Assembly: GCA_964252035.1 (NCBI GenBank)
Contig: OZ176200.1
Length of the DNA: 64,000 nt
Strand: one strand, 5' to 3'
Source: Podarcis erhardii
Lineage: Eukaryota
Shown: piece by piece, positions 11,560 to 23,220 of the stretch
Numbering within the stretch: position 1 is the first letter of the stretch
Layout: each line of letters begins with the position of its first letter
Translations under genes and position numbers: made by a program
The notes under the pieces: generated by a model
Databases searched by the model: none
The model's input: only the letters and a program-made list of their open reading frames with translations
What the model was told of the DNA's origin: nothing

Positions 11560-13200
11560 GCCCTTCCAGAAGCGTCAGGGCAGAGGACCCAAGGGGCATC
11601 GAGGGGCTGCCTTGCTTCGGAAGGGGGACCCCCACAACACAGACACCCACCCACCCTAGGGCTCCAAGTGCAAAAAGCCCGGAAGGGGCAAAGGGGGGAA
11701 CTTCCAAACACCAGAGTCATCTATATAAATATATGGGGAGGCTACATTTTTCCTGGTCCCCCTTCTGTAAATCCCACCTCCCTCCGCTAAGCTTCCCAAC
11801 CCGCACGGTCCCGAATGTAAATCTGCACTATCAATTTAGTGTAGAAGAAAGTCAGCCAGTCTCCCCACTGATCTGATCGGGACAAAAAAAAAAAAAAATC
11901 ACAAGCAATAATTAGGATCTATGCAATTCTTATTATTATTTTTTTGTTTTTGAAACTAGACGTGGGCCAGTTAAAAAAAAAAAATCGAAAAAAGTATATA
12001 TAAAATGTCTATTTTTCAACCAGCATTTTTCCTACTTGCTACCTTTTCCCATGCCGAATTATTTTGTTGTGGTTTTGTACAGAATTTTTAATAACTTTTG
12101 ATAAACTATTTTAAACCATGCAGCTTCATCGATTTTTATACGTATTGGAAACAAAGTAGAATTATATCTAATTTATACGAAATAATTTAAGTAATTTAAA
12201 CCAGCAGAAAAGTGCTTAGAAGAGGTGTGTGGGGAGGGGGGGATGTTCTGTTGCCTTAGCACCTCCCCGCCCCGTTCATTTTCCTTTCACGTTCTTCACA
12301 CACACAAATGCACAGCGCCAGCAAAGTCTTTCCCATTAAAAATTTCGTTTCCTTCCAGTAAGAACCAGATTCCTACAGGGTTTTTGGATTTATTTATTTT
12401 TAAATGGAAGTAGGAAAATATTTATTTCCTATTGGAACATGTCAATCCAACGGAAGGTTTGCAAAACCTTATGTACGGATAGAGACACCCTCCCACCCGC
12501 CAGACATTCTTGTTTTCATAAAGAAATGCCAAGTTCTTCCCTTTTTTCCCGAATCAAAAGCTGCTTGACTATCACATTCAATTTGCACTGTTTCTTTTTA
12601 ATCTTTGGCGTCCCCGTCCTTTCTCCTCACGTGATTTTGAAGAGAACAGAGATAACTTGAAAACACTTAATGTTTCCAGGTAATGATAAATGCATGATAT
12701 ATATATTTTTAAATATATACATAGTCACATGAATCGGTGGTTTGTCATATTTCCGTCCAGGAGTCGAAAAGCCAATCAGGTTCACTATGGTTGGGGTTGT
12801 TATATAATATGCTGGTGGATTGTAGTCAGTAGTTTCAAACCCATTCGAACCATTTGACTTCGTAATTAGAACAATATAGTTATTATGCATGTACAATGCA
12901 ATCCGCAATAAGTGCTGTCTGAAATGTAACGCTGGTTCAACCGAACTCAATCTGTACTGTAATTTTGTTCGTAATCCTGTATATGACTATGTAATGCACA
13001 TTTGGGAATTTAGTAAGCACACCTTTGGAACGAGATAGTAAGGAGACGTCCGTCAAATGTTGCATTTCTCCTTAAATATGATTCCCCTCTCCTTTCCCCC
13101 TTCTTAGTGTGAGCAATTCCTATGGGATTATTGTAATAGTTCCTTAAAAAAAGGTGCAACCTTTACTTATTTGTACAATAAACGGAAGTTTAAGAAAAAA
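11560..13200 (+). other. NEUROD1: NEUROD1 3' UTR, probably ending after AATAAA at 13177-13182
   Basis: AU-rich sequence after the stop codon. TGTAC-AATAAA is the first canonical poly(A) signal I found. Confidence 0.7.
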
Positions 13201-13219
13201 ACAAAAAACAAGGTGCAGT

Positions 13220-13520
13220 CCAATAGCAACCTGACTACGGGTGGGAGGTGGGAGGAACGCATCGCTAGCGAGCAAGGTTCCCTCGGAAATCTGATCTGGA
13301 AGTCAAGGCGAGCTCGCATTCATGCGCTCACAGTAGCAACCGCTCACCGGGCCAAGGCCCTACGTAGCTGTCCTGCTCTGCGGTGCTGAAATCCCACAGG
13401 GAGAGACGGAAAGATCGGCCAGCAAAGCCAACTCCACAGCGCCCAGTGATTAATTTGTAGAGATTCTGCTGCTGCTCTGGACCAAACAGGAAGCCACGCC
13501 CTCTGACCTGTAAGCGCTTT
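13220..13520. promoter_or_regulatory. Small CpG-rich element just downstream of NEUROD1, containing a split RE1/NRSE
   Basis: Local CpG cluster. The minus strand at 13364-13390 reads TTCAGCACC-N8-GGACAGCTAC. Confidence 0.65.
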
Positions 13521-14637
13521 GTAGCCCCCCAAAGATGGAGAAGGGGAGCTGGCAATAGTTATTCGGTGGAGAGGGGGAAAGCTCTGCAGAGCACTGAATG
13601 TATGGTACTCAGACAGGTTCTGGGACTCTTACGCCTTGGGTGTGTGTTACTGCATCTGAAAGTAAACTGAAATAAGTGGTGGTTTGATTTCTCTGAAGCA
13701 AGTCAGAGAAGCGATTGTTTGGGTTGGATGGAGGGTGGCAGTCGCCCTCACTTTGTGTCCAGACCATCTGTGGTCAAAATTCAGGAGTGCCATATCCTAC
13801 ACACAAATCTTACCAGGAGTCATAGGTAGCTCTTGTTTGCTCCGCTCCTTCCTGCTCTCACTCAAATCTGATCAATATGGATATGTGTTCCTTTAGAGTG
13901 GGGAGGACACTTCCGTATGCTTGGGTTTCACACATGTAACTCTTCTACCAGGAATACATCTGTTTCCAGTCATCATGACATCTAAAGAAGTAAGCAATGC
14001 AACATACTTTGCTCTTTGCAATTATATTTTGAATGCTTCCAAGATCAGACCTCAGACCTTTCCAGGACATTCTGCCTCACATCTCCAGTACCATCTGAAA
14101 TTTGAATCTTGCTGCTACCCCTGACCTAGAGTATCTACTGGCACTGACAGCACCATAACTAAGATTTGGGGTCCTGCAGCAAGCAAGGATGGTGATGATG
14201 GGAACCCACCAACTGCTCATGGAAAGGCATAGAGAAGATGGTTTCTATTTCCCCAAGCAGGAGGTAGCATAGAATCCCCAGCATTCCAGGGATTTATTTT
14301 TTAGCCTTTGGTGACTGCCTTAGATATATAACAGCATCTGAATTCAATTGTGGTTGGTCTCCCCAGAACAAATCATGTTTCTGCCTGAAGCTGGTATTTA
14401 TGTGTTTAGGCCAACCCCGGTTTTTCAGTCTGCTCCTACCATTAATTGCTGCTGCCAAGTTGCTGGTGAATCAGGATTCAAGTTTATGTTGCTAACAAGC
14501 CCATTTAAAGGCTCCAGTGCAGGGAAAGTTTGGTACACACTAGTGCTACTGAAACCCAGCTGCCCTTTGCTAACAGTTGTTAATTCATGATCACTAGGCT
14601 TCCAGACTGCTGGCAGGCTTGCACAAATATCTTACAA

Positions 14638-14775
14638 TGAGGGATGGAGAATTTGTGGCCCTCCCAAAGTTGTTAGACTACAGTTCTAATGATCCCTGAC
14701 CATTGAACATGCTGACTGGGACTCTCAGGAGTTGGAGTCCAGCAACATCTGGTGCGCTGCAGGTTTCACACACCT
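14638..14775. mobile_element. Degenerate palindromic hAT-type MITE (squamate 'ccagatgtt..gactac..ctccc' family)
   Basis: Resembles the intact copies at 21916-22180 and 49152-49287. Other decayed copies at ~19555-19648, 25406-25532, 54035-54165 and 63182-63272. Confidence 0.55.
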
Positions 14776-17700
14776 ATTTCATGTTGTCTCCCTAATGCAC
14801 CATATACAATCAAGAGCAGACATCATGAGCTGGAGTAACACTGTTATGGATGTGTGTGACAAAAGTAGGAACTAGTTTGCATATACAGGGATGCATGCTT
14901 AAATCAGCATCCATAAGCCTGTTCCATTATGATGAACTGGTAACCCTACTGTTTGGTGTGAATATGTATTATGAGGTTCATTATGGCTACACCGTAGCAC
15001 TAAAATACTGAGGGAGGGATTAAACTATTGAGCCCTATCAGCAAAAGTTTTGTACAAGAGCTTCTACTTCTGCAATGGGGCTTCCCCACTCTCACCAACC
15101 CACATGCCCCCAAATTGTCTTGAGAAGGTTGGGAGAACCTCAAGAACAGTTTGCTGGGAGAGGAGGCAAGGACTCATTCCACCTGGCAAGCTGAAATGCT
15201 TGTCCTCATGTAACATCACCTTAGCATGTTGTTGAATTCTTCCCTGAGACACAATGTTCCTCAGGACTGTTTGCATTTCATTATGCCATGCACAGAGAAA
15301 GTGCAGAATGGGCTATTATGCTTCCCTGAGAATCTCAGCATTCTTTTCCATTTTCAAAGAAAAAAATATCTACCACTTAATTTCAAGTGTGGTTTATTTG
15401 GGTTGGGTTTTTTTGTGTGTTTTTTTTTTTTTTTGGAGGGGGGCAGTAATACTTTTGTGTTTGCAACAATGCAAAATAAAACACACACAAAATCTGCATG
15501 TGTTCAACCCCCACAAAAATAAAATTAAGGTCACCATGTGAGCCCATAAGATGAATCTCAACATCCACATGAGGGCAATACTTTAGTGGACCAACTAAAA
15601 TGACCAAGCTGTCACAAATGAGCGTGCAACAACATTTTGATTTCATTTTCTCCAGAACTCTTAATCAGGTCTGGTGGCAAACAAAGCAATGAGAAGGGAG
15701 GGGGGAAATGTTTGGTGGTGAAGTCAAGAGTCTGTTTTGGGAAAGAGGCTGAAGATGGAATGCAGGTGGAAGGAGCAGACATGCAAATGAGGTTCTGTAA
15801 GATGCTCTGCAGGTTTCAGGTTGCACCAATGCATCCTGGGAAGGAGAAATTTACAATGGCTAGTTTCCCACCTCTAAAAATACAAAAAGGCATCTGTTAC
15901 ATGTCTGTCCTTAGGAGAAGCACACAGCTTGCTTGGTAGGTGGAAAGCAGGAAAAAAGAGGGGGAAAGGCAGGTTTTATATAAATAAAGGTGGGAATTAA
16001 TTGTAGGTGGTGTGCTAGGTAAAAATATTCAACCCAGTAATCCTTTGTTCTCCAGATGATGCGCAGGGACAGAGGAAGTGTCAGTGTTTTTGTTGTATTT
16101 TTGGGGGGAGGGGACCCAGAAAGTTCCCTGGAGTTTGTTCCTTCTCTAACTGCTAGTCAAGGTCAAGGCCTGTCCTCCCCATGCCTAATGAAAGTGTGTG
16201 AGAAATGCCTGGTGAAAACCACAAAGCCGGAGGAGGAGCTGCTGCTTTACAGTGATCATAAGAGCACAAGAAGATCCCGGCTGGATCACAGCCAATGACC
16301 CCTCTAGCCTAGCATCCTGTTCTCCCACTGGTCAACTAGATGCCCGTGGGAAGCCTACAAGACAGACATGAACACCACACCACTCAGTGGGCAAGCAAAC
16401 AGAAAGGAAGGGTGCAAAAATACAACGTAAAATTCATCTTATCCTTCTCAGATTTCTGTTTTTCTTGGTGCGCAGTTATCTTTTCTAAAGTTTTTTTTTT
16501 AATGCACAGCCATGAGGATAGTGGGCAGGGTATATTACATTTGCCTTTTCAAATGCATATGCTTTTATTGTTTGATGTGGAGGAAGGGCAGAATAATTTA
16601 CTGGTAGCAGGACTACCTTTGTTTCCTGCCTGCCCTGTAGGTAGCAACTTACTGAGCTGAAACCCTTTCTAGTAGTTCTGGAAACAGAGAAGCAGTTCTT
16701 AGCTGCCTCTCCTTTGTGCCTAGTTACTATGAAAGGAGATCTGCATTCAGGAAAGGGTGTATGCAGTCTTCATACTGTCTCTTGTTTCCTCCCTGGGTTG
16801 CCTGGCAGTTGAATTAACACAGTGATAGCTTCCTACTGCTTCCAGAGTTCTTAACCTCAGCAGCCTTAATTTAGAAAGGGGAACATTTGGTGCTCCTGTT
16901 GTTAAACAATTGGGAGTCAGAATCCTTGCTGACCACTTACAGATCTATCCATAGATCCCAGTCTACTTTTTGCCCAGCTCTGGTTTGTTGTCTTGAAGAG
17001 CAGACGGGCAGAAGGCAATTGCCCTGAGGCAAGACTGTGGGTGTATGATTGCAAATACAGTATTATTTACATTTACACCCTAAATTTCATCCACGGAACT
17101 CAAGAAAGCATGCATAAAAATCCTAGATAGTCTCCCATTTTGGGACTGATCAAATGCAGACCTGTTTAGCCTAGCAAAGTGGTTGTATCATGTACCTGCA
17201 GAACATGCTCTGGAACTGTTAGAATGTTCACATATCAACAAAACCTTCCAGAACTTTAAGCCTCATCATTGAGGTAATGAAACCGTGTATCTCTGAACAT
17301 CCTCAGCCACAACTGCCATTTTTCAAAACTCCATTCTTCTCAATATTCCAAATGGATGATGCTGAAATTTGTTTCTTCTTTTTAAAATGAAAACAAACCC
17401 TGAGTACAATTGGTCACTGGTAATCTACTGATTGACACGCACAAGCATGTATTTGACAACCTGGCTTCTCTTTGATGGAGCAAAATCCTAGAATGGCAAC
17501 TTAATGGTTCCTCTCACAGCATCTGAGCTTGGAGTGTTTTCTCTGCTGTTGCATGCCAGAGACTCATCTTGGCTCTGAGGCAGTAAGAAAGCAATTTGCT
17601 TATTCCAGGATGCAGGGCATGCATCCTTTATGGAGAAGTAATGGATTAGAACAAGTTGCCTGGAGAATAATGTTTTGGCACCACCCTCTAAATATTCAGC

Positions 17701-19479
17701 TGCCATATTCCCCATACTAAGCTGTGTTTACTGCATAGCTTTCCTTCTTGAGACAAGGTCATGATCTCAGTTTACTATGCCCAATTATGTTATTTTATTA
17801 TTTTTAAAAGAGTGACACATGTGGTTTTACATTTTCATTTTTCTTACCTTTCAGGGTTCTTGCACACAGGCTGAACAATAAGTGATCTAATCAGGCCAAC
17901 AAGAAGAAAGTAGTTACAAGCATTGTATATAAGAGCTGCGGGACTTCATCATGATTGTATGAAAATTCTGTGGCGTTTAGAGGGTTTTTCTGGTAAAAAA
18001 TGAGGTGACGTTATCGTATCTTGATAAAAGTGCTGTGCATGTCAGCCAAAAATGCAGCAAAGAAGAGGTGGTGGCAGTCTGTGTTGGTGAGTACCAACAC
18101 AAAAAAGCACCATGAAAATTATTCCAAATCAAATGAGTGAGATTTGGCTACTGTAGGCAAACATGACCCTTATGTTTAAAAGACAAAAAAATCCAAAAAA
18201 ATCCCAACATAAATGCCAGTCAGTTAGACCAAGACAGTTGCAAGATGATTGTCTTCCAGTATTTTATTTTTTTCAATTGCAGCATATATAAAGATTTGTT
18301 CACTTTGTTCACTTGTTCTGGAGAGTTAGTTCTGAAGGTGGAAAAGTGGTGTCACAAGGTCTAAAAAAGAGAGAGAGAAATCTGCTCCGTGTTTTGTTCC
18401 TTTTGGTTAAGTGCTTCCATTCCAAATAGAAGGATTCTTCCAGTCAGTCAAGGGGCAACTCAGATGCCACCATCTTTTATTCAAAGGCAGGCACAGATGT
18501 TCCTTCTGCAGGGGAGGTTTTAATTTATGAAAATGATATTGTTTATGCATGAATGCACTCCACATAACACACAGTACTTCCATCTGATGAGAGAAAACTG
18601 CAGAACCAGTGCCAATGTCAGGAACATATTCTGCAAATTTAGTCACTTAAATGTTTAATGAATATTTGGAAGGCATTTGCAAGCCACAAGAAAGCTTTTC
18701 AATTATTTCCCCCTCTTCACAGCTAATAATCATTTTCACCTCCTCCAGCCAATGCAATTGACTGTGGTATGACAAATGTTTGATGCTGTAGTACTTCAAA
18801 ATAAATAATAATCAAAAGAACAAACAAGCTCAATTGGATGGTGGTGAAATATTTGGGTGGGCAGATGATTAACTTTACACATTACCTGGGCATTTTTTGA
18901 AAATCCAAGCCGGTAATTTTTCTCATGAAGAATTTTGTACTGGAATATATATTTTTTTATTAGCTAGCAAAGGCAAGCTGATAAGAATTGTGTTTCCAGG
19001 TATTACTATTAATGACACTGATAGAAGTTGGCAGTGGTGCACAGCTCTGATACCAGCAATACAAGGAAGAAGAATGCCAGTAAATTGATCTGTCAATTGT
19101 GGAAAGCGGTGGCTGGGAGTAAATCTCTTAATTTACAAATCCAGCCTTATAGAGTCGCTACTGTTGTTTTGTCTCAAATTTGTGTAGAAGGCATTTCCTC
19201 ACCACAGCTGCCACAAGCCTCTTCCATTTTCCTAAAGTGTTTTTGGGGAGTGATGCAAGGTAGTCCACTCTAAAGCACCTTTCATCTCAAACTCCTGTCC
19301 ACTCAAGTTAACCTCATTGTACACAGGTGTGTGTGGGGAAAATATCAGCTCTTGAGAGGTGGCTTAAACAAACAAACAGAATAAAATCTGCTCCAGTCCT
19401 TAGAAACTTGTTTAACAAAAGTTATTACTTAATAATCATCAACTATCAAGAGTGGGGTAGTGGGTGGGTGGTTAACTGT

Positions 19480-19552
19480 GTCCTGCCAGTTGTTGGAAGT
19501 CTAGATGACTCTTTGGGTCCCTTCCAGCTCTATACAATTCTGTTATTCTAAT
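19480..19552 (+). mobile_element. CR1-type 3' tail fragment
   Basis: ctagatgac..gggtcccttccagctct..attctgttattcta matches the recognisable CR1 3' end. Confidence 0.65.
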
Positions 19553-19659
19553 TCCCACAATCCCTAACAATTGACCATGCTGAAGGGTCCTGATATGGGA
19601 GTTGACGTTCAACAGTGTTTGGAGGGCTACAAGTTCTTTGACCCTGAACATAATCCTAG

Positions 19660-19725
19660 CACTGTACCTGAGCCCGGCTTCGGCTGGGGAGGGCGGGATA
19701 TAAATAAAATTTATTATTATTATCA
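19660..19725 (+). mobile_element. L2-type LINE/SINE 3' end
   Basis: gggaggcgggatataaataaaatttattattattat is a typical squamate L2-related tail. Confidence 0.5.
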
Positions 19726-20861
19726 GTAGCAGACACTTTATTGTAAAAGAAGGACATACTTTTGTTGCTTAGTTCTACAAAAGCACTTTAAAAAAAAGAA
19801 AAAGAAAGGCGCAGCTCTTTATATTCTACCAAACTAGATTGGGCCCCAAGTGACTGGAATTTACCATGCCCCAAAGAATAGCCTAAATAGGTCACTTAGC
19901 TGGAAGACCACTACTATGACTGGTTCTCCCACAACATAAAATATATTAATACATATTAGAGTGGTGAGTTGGAAATTTGGTTTGCAACCGAGCTGTTGTT
20001 TAAATGCATATGTGTTTTTCCCTAATTAAAAATACATACATACATTGAAATATGTACTTAACAAGCTGTCACAAGTAAGGTAATCCAAATTAAGCCTGAC
20101 ATCACTCTTAATGCATTCACTTATACTATTAAATTGTTGGCAGGGTGTGCAAGGCATTGAATTGCTGCATTTAATTTTCAGATTCTGGGCACTTTGCGTC
20201 ACAGACTGAGTGATATTTAAGATGGAAAGCATAAATGAATACCTGTGGTATGTAGCCTGTAACATCATTCTGGGAACACCATCCTACAAGGCGGAATCCC
20301 ACCCCCCCACCCCCAGTTAATGGGCACTGCCATTCAAATGGTATGTAGGGGCTGCATCTTGGGGGCAGGATTGGGCTTACCTGTCCCCCAATTCTTAATT
20401 CACCTGGTCACAGGTGAGAGTTGAGTGCAGGATGGGGAGCAAAGGTGGACAAGCCAACCCAGAAGGAGCATGACATGTCCCCCATCAGAGTACTACCCCT
20501 CCCCTAACACCCGATACAACCAAGACTGTGAAGCAGGGCCAGTGAAGTTTGTGGCTTGGGGACTTTTTTGAGGCTCCGGCTGTACTGTGAGGCTGGGACA
20601 GTCATATTTGGTTCCCAGGCCTGAGGTTCTGCACAGGCCTTATCTATAACACCAGCCTTCACCACCCTGACCCCCTCAATGCTTTGGAGCACAACAGATG
20701 TTTTGTAGCCCAAAGGTGTTGGGTTAGTAAAAGCTGCACCAACCCTGCGCTCAACCAGCCTGGCTCTCTATAAACTGCCTGGCTATCTGCATCAATAAAC
20801 AAATAGGAAAATTCACATCACCAAGGTTGCTACCCCAGTCTCCTTGGACTTAGGATCATAA

Positions 20862-20900
20862 TGCAACAACAACAACAACAACAGCAGCAACAACAACAAT
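20862..20900 (+). repeat. (CAA/CAG)n microsatellite
   Basis: caacaacaacaacaacaacagcagcaacaacaacaa. Confidence 0.9.
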
Positions 20901-21915
20901 ATAGAAGGAGGAGGAGGAGAATTTATTGCTCTATGCTCAAGCAATCAAATTGGAGATGAACATATCCAGTGCTTTTTTAAAAAAAAAATGTTTAGGGGTA
21001 CTCTTATTTTCCTACTCATATTGAAATACTGCCCCTCAATGAGGCCAAACCTAGATTCACAAGATGTTTAGATTTATGCATCCCCCTGCACCCCCCCCCC
21101 CAGAAAAAGCACTGAACATATTTATAAAATCCAGGTTAGCAATTTTCATCCTGTGCTAATGTTGCATTCACTGATTGGATAGAAAACATGCACTGAGAAG
21201 TGGCTTTTTGGTGTGAATATTGCAGCAAAACCAGGAATTCATTAATGTGAGTAGCAAACCTCCCACTATTTTTCTTTTCTTTTCAGAAACAGAGTGTGTA
21301 CATAAATGTCATATTTAATCCTTCTGAGGGGAAAAGAGGCAGGAATAGGTCCATCTTTTAGGTTTGTTGCATTTGTGAGAGAGTAGGAATAACTTCCGAA
21401 AATGAGCTACATACTGACCTCTTTAAGGAAACGTAACAATCGGCTTGCGTACTCTAACCATGGTGACTCAGACCAGGTAACAGTGCAAAGATTTTAGATT
21501 TCAAGAAAGCATTTCTAAACAATCATGTGCCCCAGTTTAGTAACTGTTGATGGGCACTGCCACTTCAGTGCTCAACTTGGCCTTATATTGCCTTACATGC
21601 CTTTATTGGTGCCATATATCCCAGGGGCCAATATTTGGCTGTTGCTTCTGCGCAGCTGTCCTCAATTCAAAAGCCTTTTCCCCAAAGACTTCACTTTCTC
21701 TGGGAAAATAAGACTTTTGTAATTGTGGTTGTAGAGATTCTCTGTGAACATTTCTGGGTGTGGGTGTCATCTTACTCCCAAACAAGTTAATGAATAGAAG
21801 ACTCTCTCCAATAACTTCTGCAGGGAAACGAAGAGGATGCATTGGCAGAAAAGGTTGGGGAAGGGTGTCGCTTTTATTCTTTTGAGCAAGCAGTTTATAA
21901 ATTAATCCATTATAC

Positions 21916-22180
21916 CAATGTTTCCCCAACTTTTTTGGACTACAACTCCTATCATCCCCTAGCTAACAGGACCAGCAGTCAAAGGATGATGGGAACTGTA
22001 GTCCAAAAACAGCTGGAGACCCAAGTTTGGGAAGCTCTGAAGCAGCCTTTCTCAACCTGTGGGTCCCCAGATGTTGTTGAACTACAACCCCCATCACCCC
22101 TAGCTAGCGAGGCCAGAGCTCAGGGATGATGGGAGTTGTAGTCCAACAACATCTAGGTACCCACAGGTTGAGAACCGCTG
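21916..22180. mobile_element. Two adjacent palindromic hAT-type MITEs (21916-22039 and 22043-22180)
   Basis: Each has inverted ends (e.g. ctcaacctgtgggtcccc...cccacaggttgag) and inverted internal arms (actacaac.ccc atca / tgatgggagttgtagt). Confidence 0.8.
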
Positions 22181-23220
22181 CGTGAAGTAAACCAACAGGC
22201 AGTTTGGTGATTGGATAACACCTGTGTCCTCCCCACCCCTTTCCCTCTGAGGCAACTGAGCCGCGCTTTTCCGTGCGGAGGAATTCAAAAGAACCATCCC
22301 TCTCAGTCTCGCGGCTCTTTTCCCGCCTTTCAGGAAAAGTTTCCCTCCTCCTTGAGGCCAACCCCGTGACCAGGGCGGGGCGGGAAACGGGCTTAAAAGT
22401 TGGTCGCGAGGGAGGCGCGGAGATGGCCGAGGTCGCGCGCCTAAGCTCAAAGCCGAATGCGCGCGCACGCTCCCCCTCCCCCTCCCTCCTCCAGCTGGAC
22501 CCGGGACAAGGGGGAGGAGAGCGGCTCGCTGCCTTGGTAGCGGCGGCGACGCGCTGAGGCGCCTTTCCTGTCCCCTTTCTCCTTCCCAGCTGGAGGAGCC
22601 TGCCTGCCATGCACCGCCCCGGGAGGAGGATAGCCTGGGCCGCCGAGAGCCCGGAGAACCCTTTCGGGGTGGCGGCAGCAGCAGCAGCAGCGGGCGCTGG
22701 GTGGAAGGGAAGCGACGGCGCCCCCTCCTCCCGCTCCTCTTCCTCGACGGAGGAGGAGGGAGCAAAGGGGGCGCCCCCGGTGCGGGCGGCGGAGGCGGGG
22801 GACGAAGACGAGCAGCCCCTCCTGAGGGGGATTTTCGGCGTCGGCAAGAGGAGCTGCGACGTGGTGCTCAGCGCGCGGAGGCTCAGCTGGAGCCCCATCC
22901 AGCCCGAGAGGCCCGTAGGTGAGAGCGAGCCAGTGTGAGGAACAACAGCAAACGCCGCTGCTTGGATTTTTCTTCTGCTCCGTGCAGAGCTTCGGCGGGG
23001 TTTACCGCCGCGTAAGCGGAGCTCCAGCCCGAGCATAGCAGGAAGGGCTGCTGAGTTCACAACGGGTCTCGAACCCGCTTCGGCAGCGCCTGCAGCGCAG
23101 CCTCAGTTCCTTTCGTGCCCTCACATTCCGCCGCCTCCATCCCGCCCCCTCTCCGCTGTGTCACTCAAAGATACAGGTGGGCAGGGAGGACGTGACGTCA
23201 GAGGGTAGCCTGCCTCTCTT
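22180..23220. promoter_or_regulatory. CERKL: CERKL CpG-island promoter (TATA-less)
   Basis: Very GC/CpG-rich. Contains a GC box and GCGGGAAA (E2F-like) at ~22373-22387, ATTGG at ~22210, and a full CRE (TGACGTCA) at 23193-23200. Confidence 0.8.
22609..22918 (+). CDS. CERKL: Ceramide kinase-like protein, coding exon 1
   Basis: GCCATG Kozak context. Encodes [33 protein letters not shown], matching the CERKL PH-like start. Donor G|GTGAG at 22919, phase 1. Confidence 0.92.

Noticed and set aside
12208-12217. AAAGTGCTT in the NEUROD1 3' UTR as a miR-302/430 site
   Set aside because: This is the seed itself in sense orientation, not its complement.
22100-23060. 221-aa and 318-aa minus-strand ORFs over the CERKL CpG island
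   Set aside because: Stop-poor GC-rich sequence with low-complexity translations and no recognisable domain.
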